The notes beneath the pieces are model-generated. The model saw only the letters and a program-made list of their open reading frames with translations. It made no database searches and was not told where the DNA came from. Both the position numbers and the translations under genes were made by a program. From the NCBI GenBank assembly GCA_036785375.1, contig JAWMAR010001283.1, positions 1 to 64,000 of the forward strand: a DNA stretch of 64,000 nucleotides, read 5' to 3'. This document shows positions 1 through 12,453 of the stretch, in pieces. Position 1 is the stretch's first letter; each line of letters opens with the position of its first letter. Source of the stretch: Leucoraja ocellata (taxonomy: Eukaryota).

Positions 1-95
1 TAGTGGCAGTACACGAGGATCGCTGGTCGGCGTGGACCCGATGGGCCAAAGGGTCTGTTTCCATGCTGCATCTCTAAACTAAACTAAACTAAAGT
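1..95 (+). mobile_element. 3' end of tRNA-derived V-SINE (HE1-like) with CR1-type tail
   Basis: ggatcgctggtcgg...gggccaaagggtctgtttccatgctgcatctc followed by a (TAAAC)n tail; matches the 3' end of the full copy at 57649-57960. Confidence 0.75.
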
Positions 96-204
96 CTAAG
101 TGGAGCCACTTCTGCTCGTTGACAGAACAGTCCTTTTCCATCTCCAGAGCTCCAATGTACACTCATCTATGTTTTTCCCCCTCTGAGCTTTTGATTTGTG
201 AAAA

Positions 205-388
205 ATCACTCCAAAGATCTGTACGTCCTTGGAGTGTGGGAGGAAACCGGAGCACCCGGGGAAAACCCACGCGGTCATGGGGAGAACGTACAAACTCTGT
301 ACATACAGAGCCCATAGTCTAGATCGATCCTGGGGCACTGGCGCTGTACAGCAGCAGCTCTATAGCTGCACCACCGTGCCGCCCCAGG
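205..388 (-). mobile_element. V-SINE (HE1-like), 5' half
   Basis: Reverse complement gives a tRNA-like head (ggcggcacggtggtgcagc) plus the V-SINE core gagtttgtacgttctcccc...ccgggtgctccggtttcctcccacactcc. Confidence 0.75.
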
Positions 389-602
389 GGGAAATGTCAG
401 ATATTCGGTTCGAAGAAAATATAGAGGAAACTATAGAGGAAACTGCATTGTAAATGTTTTATTTTCATTCATTGTTGGTTCTCCTGTCTCGTCAGATTAT
501 GCCTTGTATCTTACTTACAGATTTTCTTTAAGTAATGGTTAATGACACTAAAAATTGTGCACAGTGTGTTTGCTATTTCTGATTTTCTTTCTTCTGATAC
601 AG

Positions 603-651
603 CCAAGCTCTCTCACTGGTCTTCTGGCTCCAGCCACAGAGGAAGGGCATG
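603..651 (+). CDS. DEPDC5: Candidate DEPDC5 exon in the low-conservation linker (PSSLTGLLAPATEEGH)
   Basis: Strong polypyrimidine acceptor (tttctttcttctgatacag) and a G|gtagtt donor; exits in phase 1, which the next exon needs. No recognisable homology, so tentative. Confidence 0.35.
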
Positions 652-659
652 GTAGTTAT

Positions 660-1066
660 TGAGAGAATGCAGAAGATTGGACAGATGGGGCTTGTTGTCA
701 CTGGAATGTAAGAGACTGAGGGGTGACCCTGTGGACATTTATATGATAGATAGGATAGACAGTCTTTTTCCCAAGGTAGGGGAGTTTAAAACTAGAGGGC
801 ACGGGATTAAGGCGAGTGGGGTAAACTTTAAAGGGCAGGTTCCACACACAGGGTGATGGGTACATGGAACAAAGTGCCAGAGGAGGCGGCAGGGACAGGC
901 ACAGTTACAATGTTTAAAAGACATTTGGACAGGTACTTGGGTTTGAACGTTCCTCAGGGATATAGACCAAATTGAAGCAAATGGGATTAGCCTAAGTAGG
1001 CATCTAGGTAGGCATGGATGAGTTGGGATGAGGGGCCTGTTTGTGTGCGGTATGACCCTATAACTT
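660..1066 (+). mobile_element. CR1 LINE 3' fragment
   Basis: Degenerate RLDRxGLxSLExKRLRGD...KTRGH (CR1 ORF2 C-terminus) followed by a CR1 3' tail. Confidence 0.75.
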
Positions 1067-2259
1067 ATGGTCCCAGGGCTGCCACAGGAGCATGCTTGTG
1101 AAGGGTTGTGGGTGTTTGCGGGGATGGGCATGAGGCTGTGGGAAGCAGATCAGCCAGATTGGCAGACTCTGACTGCTCTACAATGTGTCCATTTGGGCAG
1201 TGAGTCTGTGGGAGTACCAGACTCCATAACCTCAGTGAGAGGACTTGAGTGAATTCTGGGTGCCACACTTTCAGCTAGGGTTCAGAAGATTCACTAAAGT
1301 GGTCCAGAACTGAGGGACAACAGTTTTGTGGATAGATTTTGACAAACATGGAATGTTTGCAGCATAGAATGGGCTCATCAGGTCCATAAAACCTATATTG
1401 GCCTTGAGTGTAAACTGACTGGTAGTTACTGGGTTTGGGAAATTCAAGGTTGTTTTCCTGGAGCACTGCTGACATGGGCTGCCCAGACTTGCTGGATGGG
1501 AGTGGCGATTTGACCTGGATTCTGCAGCCGGTTCTTGACCATGGAACAGAAACCCAGTGAGAGACGTAGCTTGAGAAAAGGGGAAGACAAATCGAACGGA
1601 TAAACAAGGTGCACTTGGTCTGACCATTTCTAAAACCAAACAAATGTAACAAATAACAATGACCAGATGCATGGACTATGTCTTAACTCCAACATAATCT
1701 TTTGTGGTCTAACGTAAGCAGCACTCTGTGCAATCATCACCTGATGGGGAACGGGGACAGATATTTGTTACTTGATTAACAATTTAAACATTTGTTTGCT
1801 GATATCGATGGAGAGAAGTTTCCATGTGACTCCTGGTACAGCAGGAGGAACAGAGCAAGGTTCTCTGAGGATAATGTTAGAATTTGCAGGATTTCGTACT
1901 GTTTTTATTTTACTTCCCACTTTGATTTCTGCTCTTATTTTTTTGTTCCCCCTGTTCCTGCTCTGAGACTTAGTGGCATGGTATGTGATCTGCTCCTTCG
2001 CCTGCCTGTATTATGTATGTGTTGAATGTAGCATTCACAGTGAAACCTCACGTTACCTAGTGACCCCAATCCTGCTAATTTTTAACAATGGATGAAAAAT
2101 ATGATCAATAAACAAATGATCCCTTCCCTTGTTTTGAAAACTACCCATTTAATTTATCTACTTAACAGTTACTAATGTGTTACCTTTGTGTTGTGATATT
2201 GCTGTCAAATTTTGCATAATATAAATGCATGTTAAATTTGGATACAGGAATTTTTTTAA

Positions 2260-2721
<462 letters not shown>

Positions 2722-3610
2722 TGAGGTTTAACGTAGTGTAGCAGTTACTTGTCAAACTTAAGGGTTAGCACTACACGCTACGAATCCCAGCTGTGGAGAC
2801 ACTGGTATCGTTGTCTCGTTGTAGGACATTGATCATTCTTTTAATCTGAATTTTTAATTCATGTATCGTGTTTTTTTTTAAATATATAATTTATGGTGCT
2901 TTTATAAGTGATATACTAAGATTTTATATGTACTTATGATATTTTTTAATATGCAATGGATTTCTATGTAATGTTGCCCCTTGTCTGGACCTCGAGTCTG
3001 TAATAAAGTTTTTATTATTATTACTGTTGGCCATTATCATTGGCCACTCTGCATCACAAATTGAATTACAGCACTTGTGTGTCTGCTTAATCTGAGAATG
3101 CAAAAAACAAAATGAAGTATTTGAATTCCTGATATTGGATATGAAATATGCAGAAAGAGTATCTGTGTTCCAGTGTCAATTCACTGGAGTTTGGATCTTA
3201 AAATGCAGAACTTACAGCAAAGGGGGAACACATTTGGTGAATGACGTCAGGAGGGTGGAAGGAGACGCCTTGACCGACAAGCTGGAGATCCCCAAAGTCA
3301 AATTGGTTTTAACAGCAAAAGAGCTAGAACAGAATCAGAACAATACCATCATAATTCTTGGCCACACAAAAGAATTGGCAAAACCCATTTGTAGTCAAAT
3401 GGATGGTCAGCCTAAACTCCATGGGCTGAAGGGCCCGTTTTTTTTTGCTCTATGGTCTATATTACAATATTAAAAGTAACCACTTCACTTCCACAAATGG
3501 ATCAGGTTAAAATGTTATTTAATTTGTAAGGGTCTGTATGTAGAAGCTTGGTGTAATGCCAGCTCTACCAAAGAGATGTGTGGCTTTAAACAATAAAATG
3601 GAGGAATGGG

Positions 3611-4195
3611 ATAGAAACATAGAAAATAGGTGCAGGAGTAGGCCATTCGACCATTCAATATGACAATGGCTGATCATCCAAATCAATATCCCATACCTGC
3701 CTTCTCCCCATACCCCCTGATCCCTTTAGCCACAAGGGCCACATCTAACTCCCTCTTAAATCTAGCCCATGAACTGGCTTCAACTACCTTCTGTGGCAGA
3801 GAATTCCACTGATTCACCACTCTCTGTGTAAAAAATGATTTTCTCATCTCGGTCCTAAAAGACTTCCCTCTTATCCTTAAACTGTGACCCCTTGTTCTGG
3901 ACTTCCCCAACATCGGGAATAATCTTACTGCATCTAGCCTGTCCAACCCCTTAAGAATTTTGAAAGTTTCTATAAGATCCCCCCTCAATCTTCTAAATTC
4001 TAGCGAGTACAAGCCGAGTCTATCCAGTCTTTCTTCATATGAAAGTCCTGCCATCCCAGGAATCAGTCTGGTGAACCTTCTCTGTACTCCCTCTATGGCA
4101 AAAATGTCTTTTCTCAGATTAGGAGACCAAAACTGTACGCAATACTCCAGGTGTGGTCTCAACTGCAGTAGAACCTCCCTGCTCTTATACTCAAA
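3611..4195 (-). mobile_element. Young CR1 LINE 3' fragment (open ORF2 C-terminus)
   Basis: ORF 3683-4252: RPHLEYCVQFWSP...RLGLYSLEFRRLRGDLIE...RTRGHSL...FFTQRVVN; (TTTCTATG)n tail. Confidence 0.92.
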
Positions 4196-6189
4196 TGAGT
4201 ATAAAATGGTGAAAAGAGGGTGTAGTATTGGGGTGTGATACAGATATAACACATCTTGTACTGAAGGTGGTGTGGACTGACGACTGGTTGGGTGGAGTAC
4301 GGATTACATATAGTAAGTGATGATTTTCACAAATGTAATAATTCCCCACTAGCTTGGTAACTCGTGCCAGTGAATGGTCTGCTTTATGCTAAAAATACCA
4401 CTAAAATTCCTACTTTCAGCAGAGTGAAGACAAATGAGCTGACCTGCCTGATGTGTTTACAATCTGGGGAGTGGATTTTGGCAGGGAAAGCTGTCTGAGA
4501 CCACAGTTTCTGTGTTTTGAACTGCAGGTGATGATTCACCAGGAGCTCCTGTTCACTCCAGCAGATGGCAGTGATGTAGCAGCTTCTGACAAGCAAAGTG
4601 AGGGTGGGGGGAGTTGGGGCTGGCAGTCATTTTGAAGCTTCACTTTGAAGTGAGAATGCACCGCATTTGAAGCAAATGATGTGACATTTGATTCTGTGGT
4701 TTACTGGGGGCAGCTCTTCACGCCCCAATCTTCAAGATTGTGATCTTACCCGCGCTTTGAATGTCCCACACCTCAGCCGGTTTTGGACAGAGTCTGATGC
4801 CTTCTGCACATTCCTGTCAACTCCGGCAGCCAGTAAAATTCTCCCTCCTGAGCAAAGTCTCTTGACAAAGGCAGCCTATGCAGGTGTCATCAAATCCTCC
4901 CAGTATGTTGGTCATGTTTACCAAAATCTTGCAGATCCTCAGAGTAACAGCCTGTCCTTCACATTGGTGTATTTGTCCTGTGCTTCTGAGAGGGGAGCTG
5001 AGCACGACAGTTGTCATTTTTTTATAATGTGCTGCAGTCTCTGGGATCGAGCATCAATTCGGAGCCTGTGCCATCGGTGAATGTGTGGCCCCATTCATAC
5101 CTCACACCATCAGAAGCAATGAGGGTTGGGAAGACCAGTCGCTGTTGTGCCGAGACCGCAGCTCCAGCCTGTCAAATGTCAAAAGATAGATACAGAATAC
5201 TGGAGTAACTCAGCGGGACATACAGCATCTGTGGATAGAAGGAATGGGTGACGTTTCAGGTCCCACAGCAGGGATATCCCCACGCTCACTGCAAGTCCTT
5301 GTCATCGTGGGTTAAATCCTGAAGGCAATGCTCCAGGCAGCCAGGGTTCACTTTCTTGCCTTTCGCTCTTGCAGGGGGAGCGTTGAATCACTCGTATCCC
5401 AGGAGCACCCATGAGAGAGTGACAGGCGCTTGTTCAGCAGCAGCTGCAGCAGTTTGATACACTTCAGCAGCTTTATATTAAGAGCAGTTCACGGCCCTGT
5501 CTGTTCCCGGTGGATATTTGCTGATATGTTGGCAGAGGGTGAATGGCTTGTGCTTTATAATGAAGTAGGGAGCAGTCATCGAGACTCACAGCACAGAAAC
5601 AGGCCCTTCGGCCCATCATATCCATGTTGAGCCCACTGCGCTTCAACCTACTGTGTGTGCTGTCTCTAATATACTTGACTGTGGCTGCAACATAGCGATA
5701 GAAGGGGAGGAGGCACCTCAGTCCCAGCTGTAGCTGGACCAGTGACCGGGGGGGGGGTGTCCAAACCAAGGTCCTCACGGTGCAATTCCACGGCGTGTGG
5801 AATCGCCCCCCAGTGCATCTGCTCCTTCCAGTGAGAAAGGATAACACTTTCGCCAGATTTGTACCTGGTCATTTCTCATTAACTTGCTGCTGTCCGTAGC
5901 TTGCTGCCCTTCCGCCCCTGGTGACTGTGAGGAGTGTGACAATGGCAGCACCTGGTCTGAGAGAGGTGGTGCACAGAAGCAGGGGTTCGCACACCACCAG
6001 CCCTGGCTTGGTTGCACAGCAGTCGAGTTTGTGGTGCTAACCTGTGGATGAGGGTTTCCGACTCCCTGAGTTTAAAGAGGTGGCCAAAGGGATTGAGGAG
6101 CAGAAGTGCTTTGTGATGGGCCATGGTGTCCCGAGTTGGAGAGCTGTATAACACCACCACGACCATCCCGGGGAATCTGACACAGTCAT

Positions 6190-7365
6190 GTGGGTCAGTG
6201 ACAATGGAGAGAAATGGCAAGCCAACGGGACTTGCCTTCCAGACGAGACCGGCCTGTCATCTGGCCGCCCGCTTCGGCGACTGCGGAGATTGCTGTCCCG
6301 ACCGCGGGGGAGAGTGGAGGACGATGCTTTGTGCCTTCCACCACAGTGAAGCGTGCTGTGGTGGATGTTTGTGTTAAATGTATATTGTGTATTGTGTGTT
6401 CTTTTTTTATTGTACAAGATACAAGATACAAGATACATTTAATTGTCATTTGGACCCCTTGAGGTCCAAACGAAATGCCGTTTCTGCAGCCATACATTAC
6501 AAACACATAGACCCAAGACACAACATAATTAACATAAACATCCATCACATAGCTGTGATGGAAGGCCTAATAAACTTATCTCTCCACTGCACTCTCCCCC
6601 CCCCGATGTCAGAGTCAAAGTCAAAGCCCCCGGCTGGCGATGGCGATTGTCCCGCGGCCATTAAAGCCACGCCGGGTGGTGCGAGGTCGCACACCGGGTC
6701 TTGGTGTTAGAGCCCCCGGCGTGCGCTCACAGAGTCCCGCGGCCATTCCAAGCCGCGCGGGGCAGTGATGTTAGGCCCCGCTCCAGGAGCTCTTCAACCC
6801 CGCAACTCGGGCGGGGGAAGTCGCCGTTGCGAGAGCCCTGAAAAGCGGTCTCCCTCCAGGGAGCCGCGGGCTCCCGGTGCCGCCGTCCACAGACCTGCCG
6901 TTGGAGCCTCCGACTCTCCGGTAGCAGCAGCAGCAGCAGCAGCGCGCCTCCACCGCTCCACCCGCTCCGGACTCGGCCAGCCCCGCGACGGCGACGGTGA
7001 GTCGTAGCACCAGAGTCCCCGGCTTCTTCCTGTTGGAGGCCGCTCCTCGTTGCGGCTCCAACGACAACGGAAACCCAACGAGAAAAGGTCGGGTCTCCAG
7101 TGCAGGGAGAGATTTAAAAAAGTTTCCCCCCCCCCTCCCACCCCACCCCCACCCCCCCACACACACACCCCAACAAAAAATAACAAAAACTACATTTAAA
7201 CACAGACAGAAAATAATAAAACGCGGACAGACTGCAGAGGCCGCTGCTGACCAGAGTCGCGCCGCCCACCAGATTTGTACCGCTGCTGGCAAATTCATTT
7301 CACTGCACTTTATTGTTATTGTGTATGTGATGAATAAATCTTGATTGATTGATTGATTGATTGAT
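6190..7365 (+). mobile_element. Non-autonomous non-LTR element with (TTGA)n tail, split by the insertion at 6416-7274
   Basis: The two flanking pieces join to match the uninterrupted copy at ~45060-45350 (-); ends aataaatcttgattgattgattga. Confidence 0.6.
6416..7274 (-). mobile_element. GC/CpG-rich non-coding retroelement with (TATCTTG)n tail, nested insertion
   Basis: Flanked by the TTGTAC duplication (6410-6415 and 7275-7280); tail reads caagatacaagatacaagata on +; CpG-rich; no credible ORF. Confidence 0.65.
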
Positions 7366-7731
7366 GAGCAGGGCTTCCTTGATACTAGCGGGTGGGCAGG
7401 CTCGGTGATGGAGCTCACAGAGAGGAGACACATTCAGACGAGATAGCAGCAAAGGATGAGAGATTGGTAATGGTTTTAGTTTAGTTTTGTGTTGTGTACC
7501 ACGGTGCAGGGCTATCTGGGCGAATCACGCCATACATACATACACCAGGTAGTGCAAAAGAAAAAAATAAAACGGAGAGCATGGATCTCCTTGCGGGTGA
7601 ATTGCCCACTAGTTTTCTCCTTGCCCAGGGTTTTGTGGGTTCCCACCCTCTTGCCTGTGCAGGTGGTGCGTGCATTGCGGGGGGGGAAGAGGGTGAAGCG
7701 TTTTCTGATCTGTTTGTTCTGGTCACTTCAG

Positions 7732-7892
7732 GAGAGATGAGGATGGTCCAATAATGTCTGCCCAGCAGGTGTTTGAGGAGTTTATTTGCCAGCGGCTCAT
7801 GCAGGGCTACCAGATCATCGTGCAGCCCAAGAACAAGCTGACCACCACCGCTGCCCCGGCCCCCCTCAGCAGCAGCCCCCTCTACACACGAG
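7732..7892 (+). CDS. DEPDC5: DEPDC5 exon ([33 protein letters not shown]...SSSPLYTR)
   Basis: cag| acceptor, G|gtaagt donor; phases 2 to 1 consistent; matches DEPDC5. Confidence 0.96.
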
Positions 7893-9156
7893 GTAAGTAG
7901 CCTCGCTGGATCCTCACTGACATGGTGATCCGCGTCACCTGTGGTTCACCTACAAGACTGTACATTCGAGGTGGGGCAACAAGCGCTCGGTCCCGGTCAC
8001 TGTGGAACAGTTCACTGTTGGCAGATTCTCTCACAGCTCCACTGTTCCCTGGGGGCAGGCAGGAGAAGTGAGTTGGTGCGGGTTGCAGCTCCACTGGCCA
8101 CACTGCGGAGAAGCCTGGAGATGGTCATCAGTTGAGCCAGCAGGCAAAGGATTGCTGATTGATGGGGTGTAGGAGTTAGCTTATAAACATGCCCTGTCCT
8201 GTCACTGCCAGGAAAGGAGGACTCATGGACTAGAGAGCTACTGTCCTGAAACAGGCCCTTCGGCCCACAGAGTCCATGCCAACCCATTAACCACCCATTT
8301 CCTTTGAACCCACTCGATTCCTTCCAAATTCTTTTCTCATTCCTCCCAGATCCCACCCCTCACCTAACCACGAGGGATTATATACAGGGGTCAGTTGACT
8401 TTCCAGGGGCACCCGAGGAAAATCCACATGTCAGAGTGGATCCTGGGTCGATGGAGCTGTGAAACACCGGCTCTATCAGGAAGAGTTTGGCACCTGAGAA
8501 AAGAACGTGGGAGAAAAATGTTCAAGGGAAACATAGATGATCCTGGTGGGGCCCAGACAGGGTGTTGCTTTTTCATGTGGTTGAATCTACAACTCACGAC
8601 CACCATTTTGAAATAAGGAGTTGCACATTTGAGACAGATGTGGGGTGAATTTTGTTTCTCTGTGAAGGTCACGAGTCTTTTGAGTTCAGTGGAAACAGTC
8701 TTTAAATATTTTTCAGGCGGATTCTTGAATTTCAAGGGGTGAAGGGTTACTGCAGCTAGATGGAATTGGATCAGCCACAGTCTCTGATAGAATAGACTTG
8801 AGTGGCCGAATGCCTACCTCCTCCCATTTTGTGTATCAGGTAAAGATGTTGACAGAAAGTGCCCACCATCGGTGAGCCTCTAGCTGAGGCCCAGTCTGGT
8901 TCAGGACTGGGGTGCTGAGACAGTGTTCTGTCCTCTGGCTGCAGGTTATAGAAACTGTCAGTAAATTCACGCTCTAGTTTCACTTAATTCCTCCCTGCAC
9001 TGATCCATCTCCAGGAGCTTGAGCATCTGAAACCAGCAGCACTTTCTGGCAGCAGCCAAGTTACTTTACCACTTGCACATCAATGTTCTTGTCTCACGGC
9101 ATCATACTGTAATGATCTTAACTCCTCGATTGCAGAGAAGAATAACTTCACTTTAG

Positions 9157-9760
9157 AGTGGTAGAGAAGGCATATGGTATGCTTGCCTTCATTGGTCAAG
9201 GCATTGAGTATGAGTGTCCGGAACACATGATGCGGCTTTATATGACTAAGTTAGGCTGGATTTGGAGTGTTGCATGCAAGTCTGGTTGCATCATTACAGG
9301 AACAATGTGGAGGCTTAGGAAAGGGTGCAGAGGAGGTTTACCAGAATGAAGCCTGAATTTGAGCAGACTAGTTATTAGCTACAAGGAGAGTTTGGAAAGA
9401 CTTTTCTATTGTTTTCTCTGGAACATCCAAGGTTGAGGTAAGACCTGATAGATGTATATAAAATTATGAAATACATAAATAGGGTAGCCGGTCACTCGCG
9501 TTACTCACTCGATGGGCAATACTAGGGGGTATAGTTTAAAGGAGATATGCGGGGCAAGGAATGCACTGCCATGGGTGGTAATGGTGGAGGCCGGTAAGTT
9601 AGTGGCATGTAAGATGCTTTTGGATACGCACATGGATATGCTAAGAATGGAGGGATATGGATCATGTGCAGGCAGCTAAATGTTTGTCTTGACATATTGT
9701 TCGGCAGAGGACATTGTGGGCGGATGGGTCTGTTTCTATGCTATACTGTTCTATGGTCTA
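9157..9760 (+). mobile_element. Degraded CR1 LINE 3' fragment
   Basis: KAYGMLAFIGQGIEY... motif, ending in a CR1 tail (tgttctatggtctat). Confidence 0.75.
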
Positions 9761-10289
9761 TTTCAGCCACACAGAATGAAAATCAAGTGCTTCCCTGTCT
9801 GGGACAACCTAGCACCCTGTAACCCAATTTGAGTCGATCGCTCTCGCCATGCCTGTTCTACATCAGTACCCCTTAACCTCTAGGCTCTCATGCATGAAAA
9901 AAAGTCTTAAGTCTGGGAAGTGAAAGGTGCCAGGGAGAATTGGTTCTTCAATAAGTCAGTGGGGACCCTGAGCTCAAATTATTAATCATCTACTCATGCT
10001 GGGATAGTGGGTATGTTCAACAAGCTCATGACGAAAACGGAAGTACCAGCTAGGTGAAGAAATCTGCTGACCCCTCCAGCCACAAACCAAGCCTGTCCGG
10101 GGGGGCGTCTCCAACTCTCATATCTCCCGGAGCCACCACTGGGATCAGATTGATCTCTGTGGTCCATGACTCTGCTTGGATGCAACTGCCAACTGCAAGG
10201 TGTTAATTAACACCAGCACTTTGCGGGTTCACCTGATGGCTCTCTTCAGTGGCGATGTATAATCACTGGTTTATTCGCTGTACCTGCAG

Positions 10290-10410
10290 GCCTGGTGTCC
10301 AGGAACAAGCTGGAAGAGGAGGAGATCTCATTCTGGCTGAGCATGGGGCGCACCTTCCACAAGGTCTGTCTGAAGGACAAGATAATCACTGTCACTCGCT
10401 ACTTACCCAA
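10290..10410 (+). CDS. DEPDC5: DEPDC5 exon ([41 protein letters not shown])
   Basis: ctgcag| acceptor, |gtaagt donor; matches DEPDC5. Confidence 0.96.
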
Positions 10411-10917
10411 GTAAGTGGTATGTAAGGGCTCCAGTCAGACGTTAACCTGCCTAGTGTCTGGGTGGTTTGATCAATAAACAGTAAGCACTGTTCTAACCTT
10501 TGTTAAAGTTAAGTGAAATCACAATCTGAAGTTGGGAATGAGTGTAGATCTGGGGCAACATGTACCCTTTACCCAGGTCGCAGCATTACCCACTCTTAAT
10601 ATGTGGTGCAGGACTTGGGTTGGTGTGCACCAAGTGAAATGAGGCAAGGATGATGGCTTCAGCAGCAAGAATCTCAGCTGAGCATGGATCTGTGAGGCTG
10701 TTGTGTTTGCATAAGCTGGATGCTGTCCTTGTTGTGAAATAACTGTGTTGTATTTCTAAAAAGATAAAGAGCACAATAACTGGCATTTAAATGGAGCCAT
10801 TGCAACCCTGGGACATCCCAAAGCACACTGCAACCAATAAAGCATGTTTGAACTATAATATATCATGCCCCTGTGTTCCATCGCCAGTCTTGTGTGCTCA
10901 CTAGTACCGTGATTTAA

Positions 10918-11039
10918 GAAAGAAATGTAGATGCTGGAAAAATCGAGAGACAAAAATGCTGGAGAAACTCAGCGGGTGAGGCCGCATCTATGGAGCGAAG
11001 GAATAGGTGACGTTTCTGGTCGAGATCCTTCTTCAGTAC
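10918..11039 (-). mobile_element. Penelope-like terminal repeat copy with hammerhead-like core
   Basis: Reverse complement: gtaCTGAAGAaggatctcgaccaGAAAcgTCacctattccttcgctccatagatgc...; same family as 13243-13340. Confidence 0.75.
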
Positions 11040-11795
11040 CGTGCTTTAGATATTTTTAACTAAAATAATAACTCATTAAACGACTCTCAGCTCTGGGAGG
11101 CATGATCCAAGTTGCTGCACTAGTGTCACGTGCGAATGTTTCTGATCGGATGCCATCTTCCAATTGAATGTTGATATTGAAGGCCTTTCTACGCTCCCTG
11201 CACTCCAAGATTCTTAATTATTGTCTGTGCAGATGGGGCTCCCTTGCTTCACTGCCCTTGGTCAACTCCAAAACAGACCCTTTGCCTTCTTGTTACCTAG
11301 TTGTCTGTGGCATTTGGGTTCTTTGCAACACCACTTTAACGGCACGGGAAATCTTTACAAACCATGGGGGACACAGTTAGTGGGTGTAATTTGGATGATT
11401 CAGTGTGTGTGTTTTTTAGGGAATGTGTATTGAGGAAAAATTGACTGGGGAACTGCAGAGCAGTGCGGAGACAGGAGATTTGACGTAATAGAAATGCACA
11501 GAGGGAAGAGTAGTAGACCATTTGGAATGGTTTCCCACCGAAGCAGCGAGAGTACTACATCATCCAGGAAACTCGGACGACTCGCTAATGTTGCCTTGTA
11601 TTTTACCATGTTGAGGCGAGAAGAGAGTTAGAAAATGATGTGAAGGTCAAAACAACGTGTTTATAATCGATCAAATCCTATTGCTGTTTGTTCCTTATTC
11701 TAGCAAAGCTTGGGAGGGGGTGGGGTTGGAGAATGAGGACATGCCTCAACTGGGAAGAACATTGATCTGACTCTGACCATAATTGTCTCCTTCAG

Positions 11796-11963
11796 GTACC
11801 CGTATGAATCGGCTCAGATCCAGTACAGTTACAGCCTCTGCCCCCCACATTCCAGCATTGAGTTTGTGTCCTGTTGGGTGGAGTTCTCCCACGAGCGGCT
11901 GGAGGAGTACAAATGGAATTATCTGGATCAGTACATCTGCTCTTCAGGCTCCGAGGATTTCAG
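11796..11963 (+). CDS. DEPDC5: DEPDC5 exon ([16 protein letters not shown]...[30 protein letters not shown])
   Basis: ttcag| acceptor, AG|gtatgt donor; matches DEPDC5. Confidence 0.97.
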
Positions 11964-12453
11964 GTATGTGTCCCCGCAAGCCACCCACCCCAGCTGTGCA
12001 ACCCGAGGAAGGAGTCCCTCTCTGCTATGGTCCCACCCCCCCATCTCTCAGTCAGGGCGAGGACATCATGTTTTTCCACTCAGTTCAGCACTAGCATCGG
12101 CCTATGTCACTCATAGCACTAAACATTAAAGCCAGTGAAATTCCCGGTAAAACTTGAATAAGAAATTAGAAGCAGTTCCCACACACGCCTCAGTTGTGAA
12201 TGACCACCCCCTAATCACATAAAGATGTATCCTCATTTGAGATTCTCCCACTGCTGCAAACATCTCGACATCTACCCTGTTATTTCCCCTGAAGGTGGGA
12301 ATCTGAAGTCCCGTGCACCATTTGGGGAACTTTCATTGCCAAGGGATATAGACAGGTTAAATAGTGGCCTTAAATGTAGCGTTCAAGTGTAAAGCAGGAA
12401 ATTGAGATTATATGTTTTGGCTGGAAGGCGATGAAAGCAAAGAGCATTTTGTA

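Noticed and set aside
1271-1672. Two overlapping minus-strand ORFs of 125-133 aa
   Set aside because: No recognisable domain or convincing splice context; they lie antisense within a DEPDC5 intron and are probably chance ORFs.
4688-6180. Cluster of moderately GC-rich ORFs in a DEPDC5 intron
   Set aside because: No homology or consistent exon phases, and the flanking DEPDC5 exons already join in frame without them.
6765-7433. Long ORFs (up to 220 aa) and an apparent CpG-island promoter
   Set aside because: They lie inside a TSD-flanked GC-rich repeat insertion; the ORFs are low-complexity by-products.
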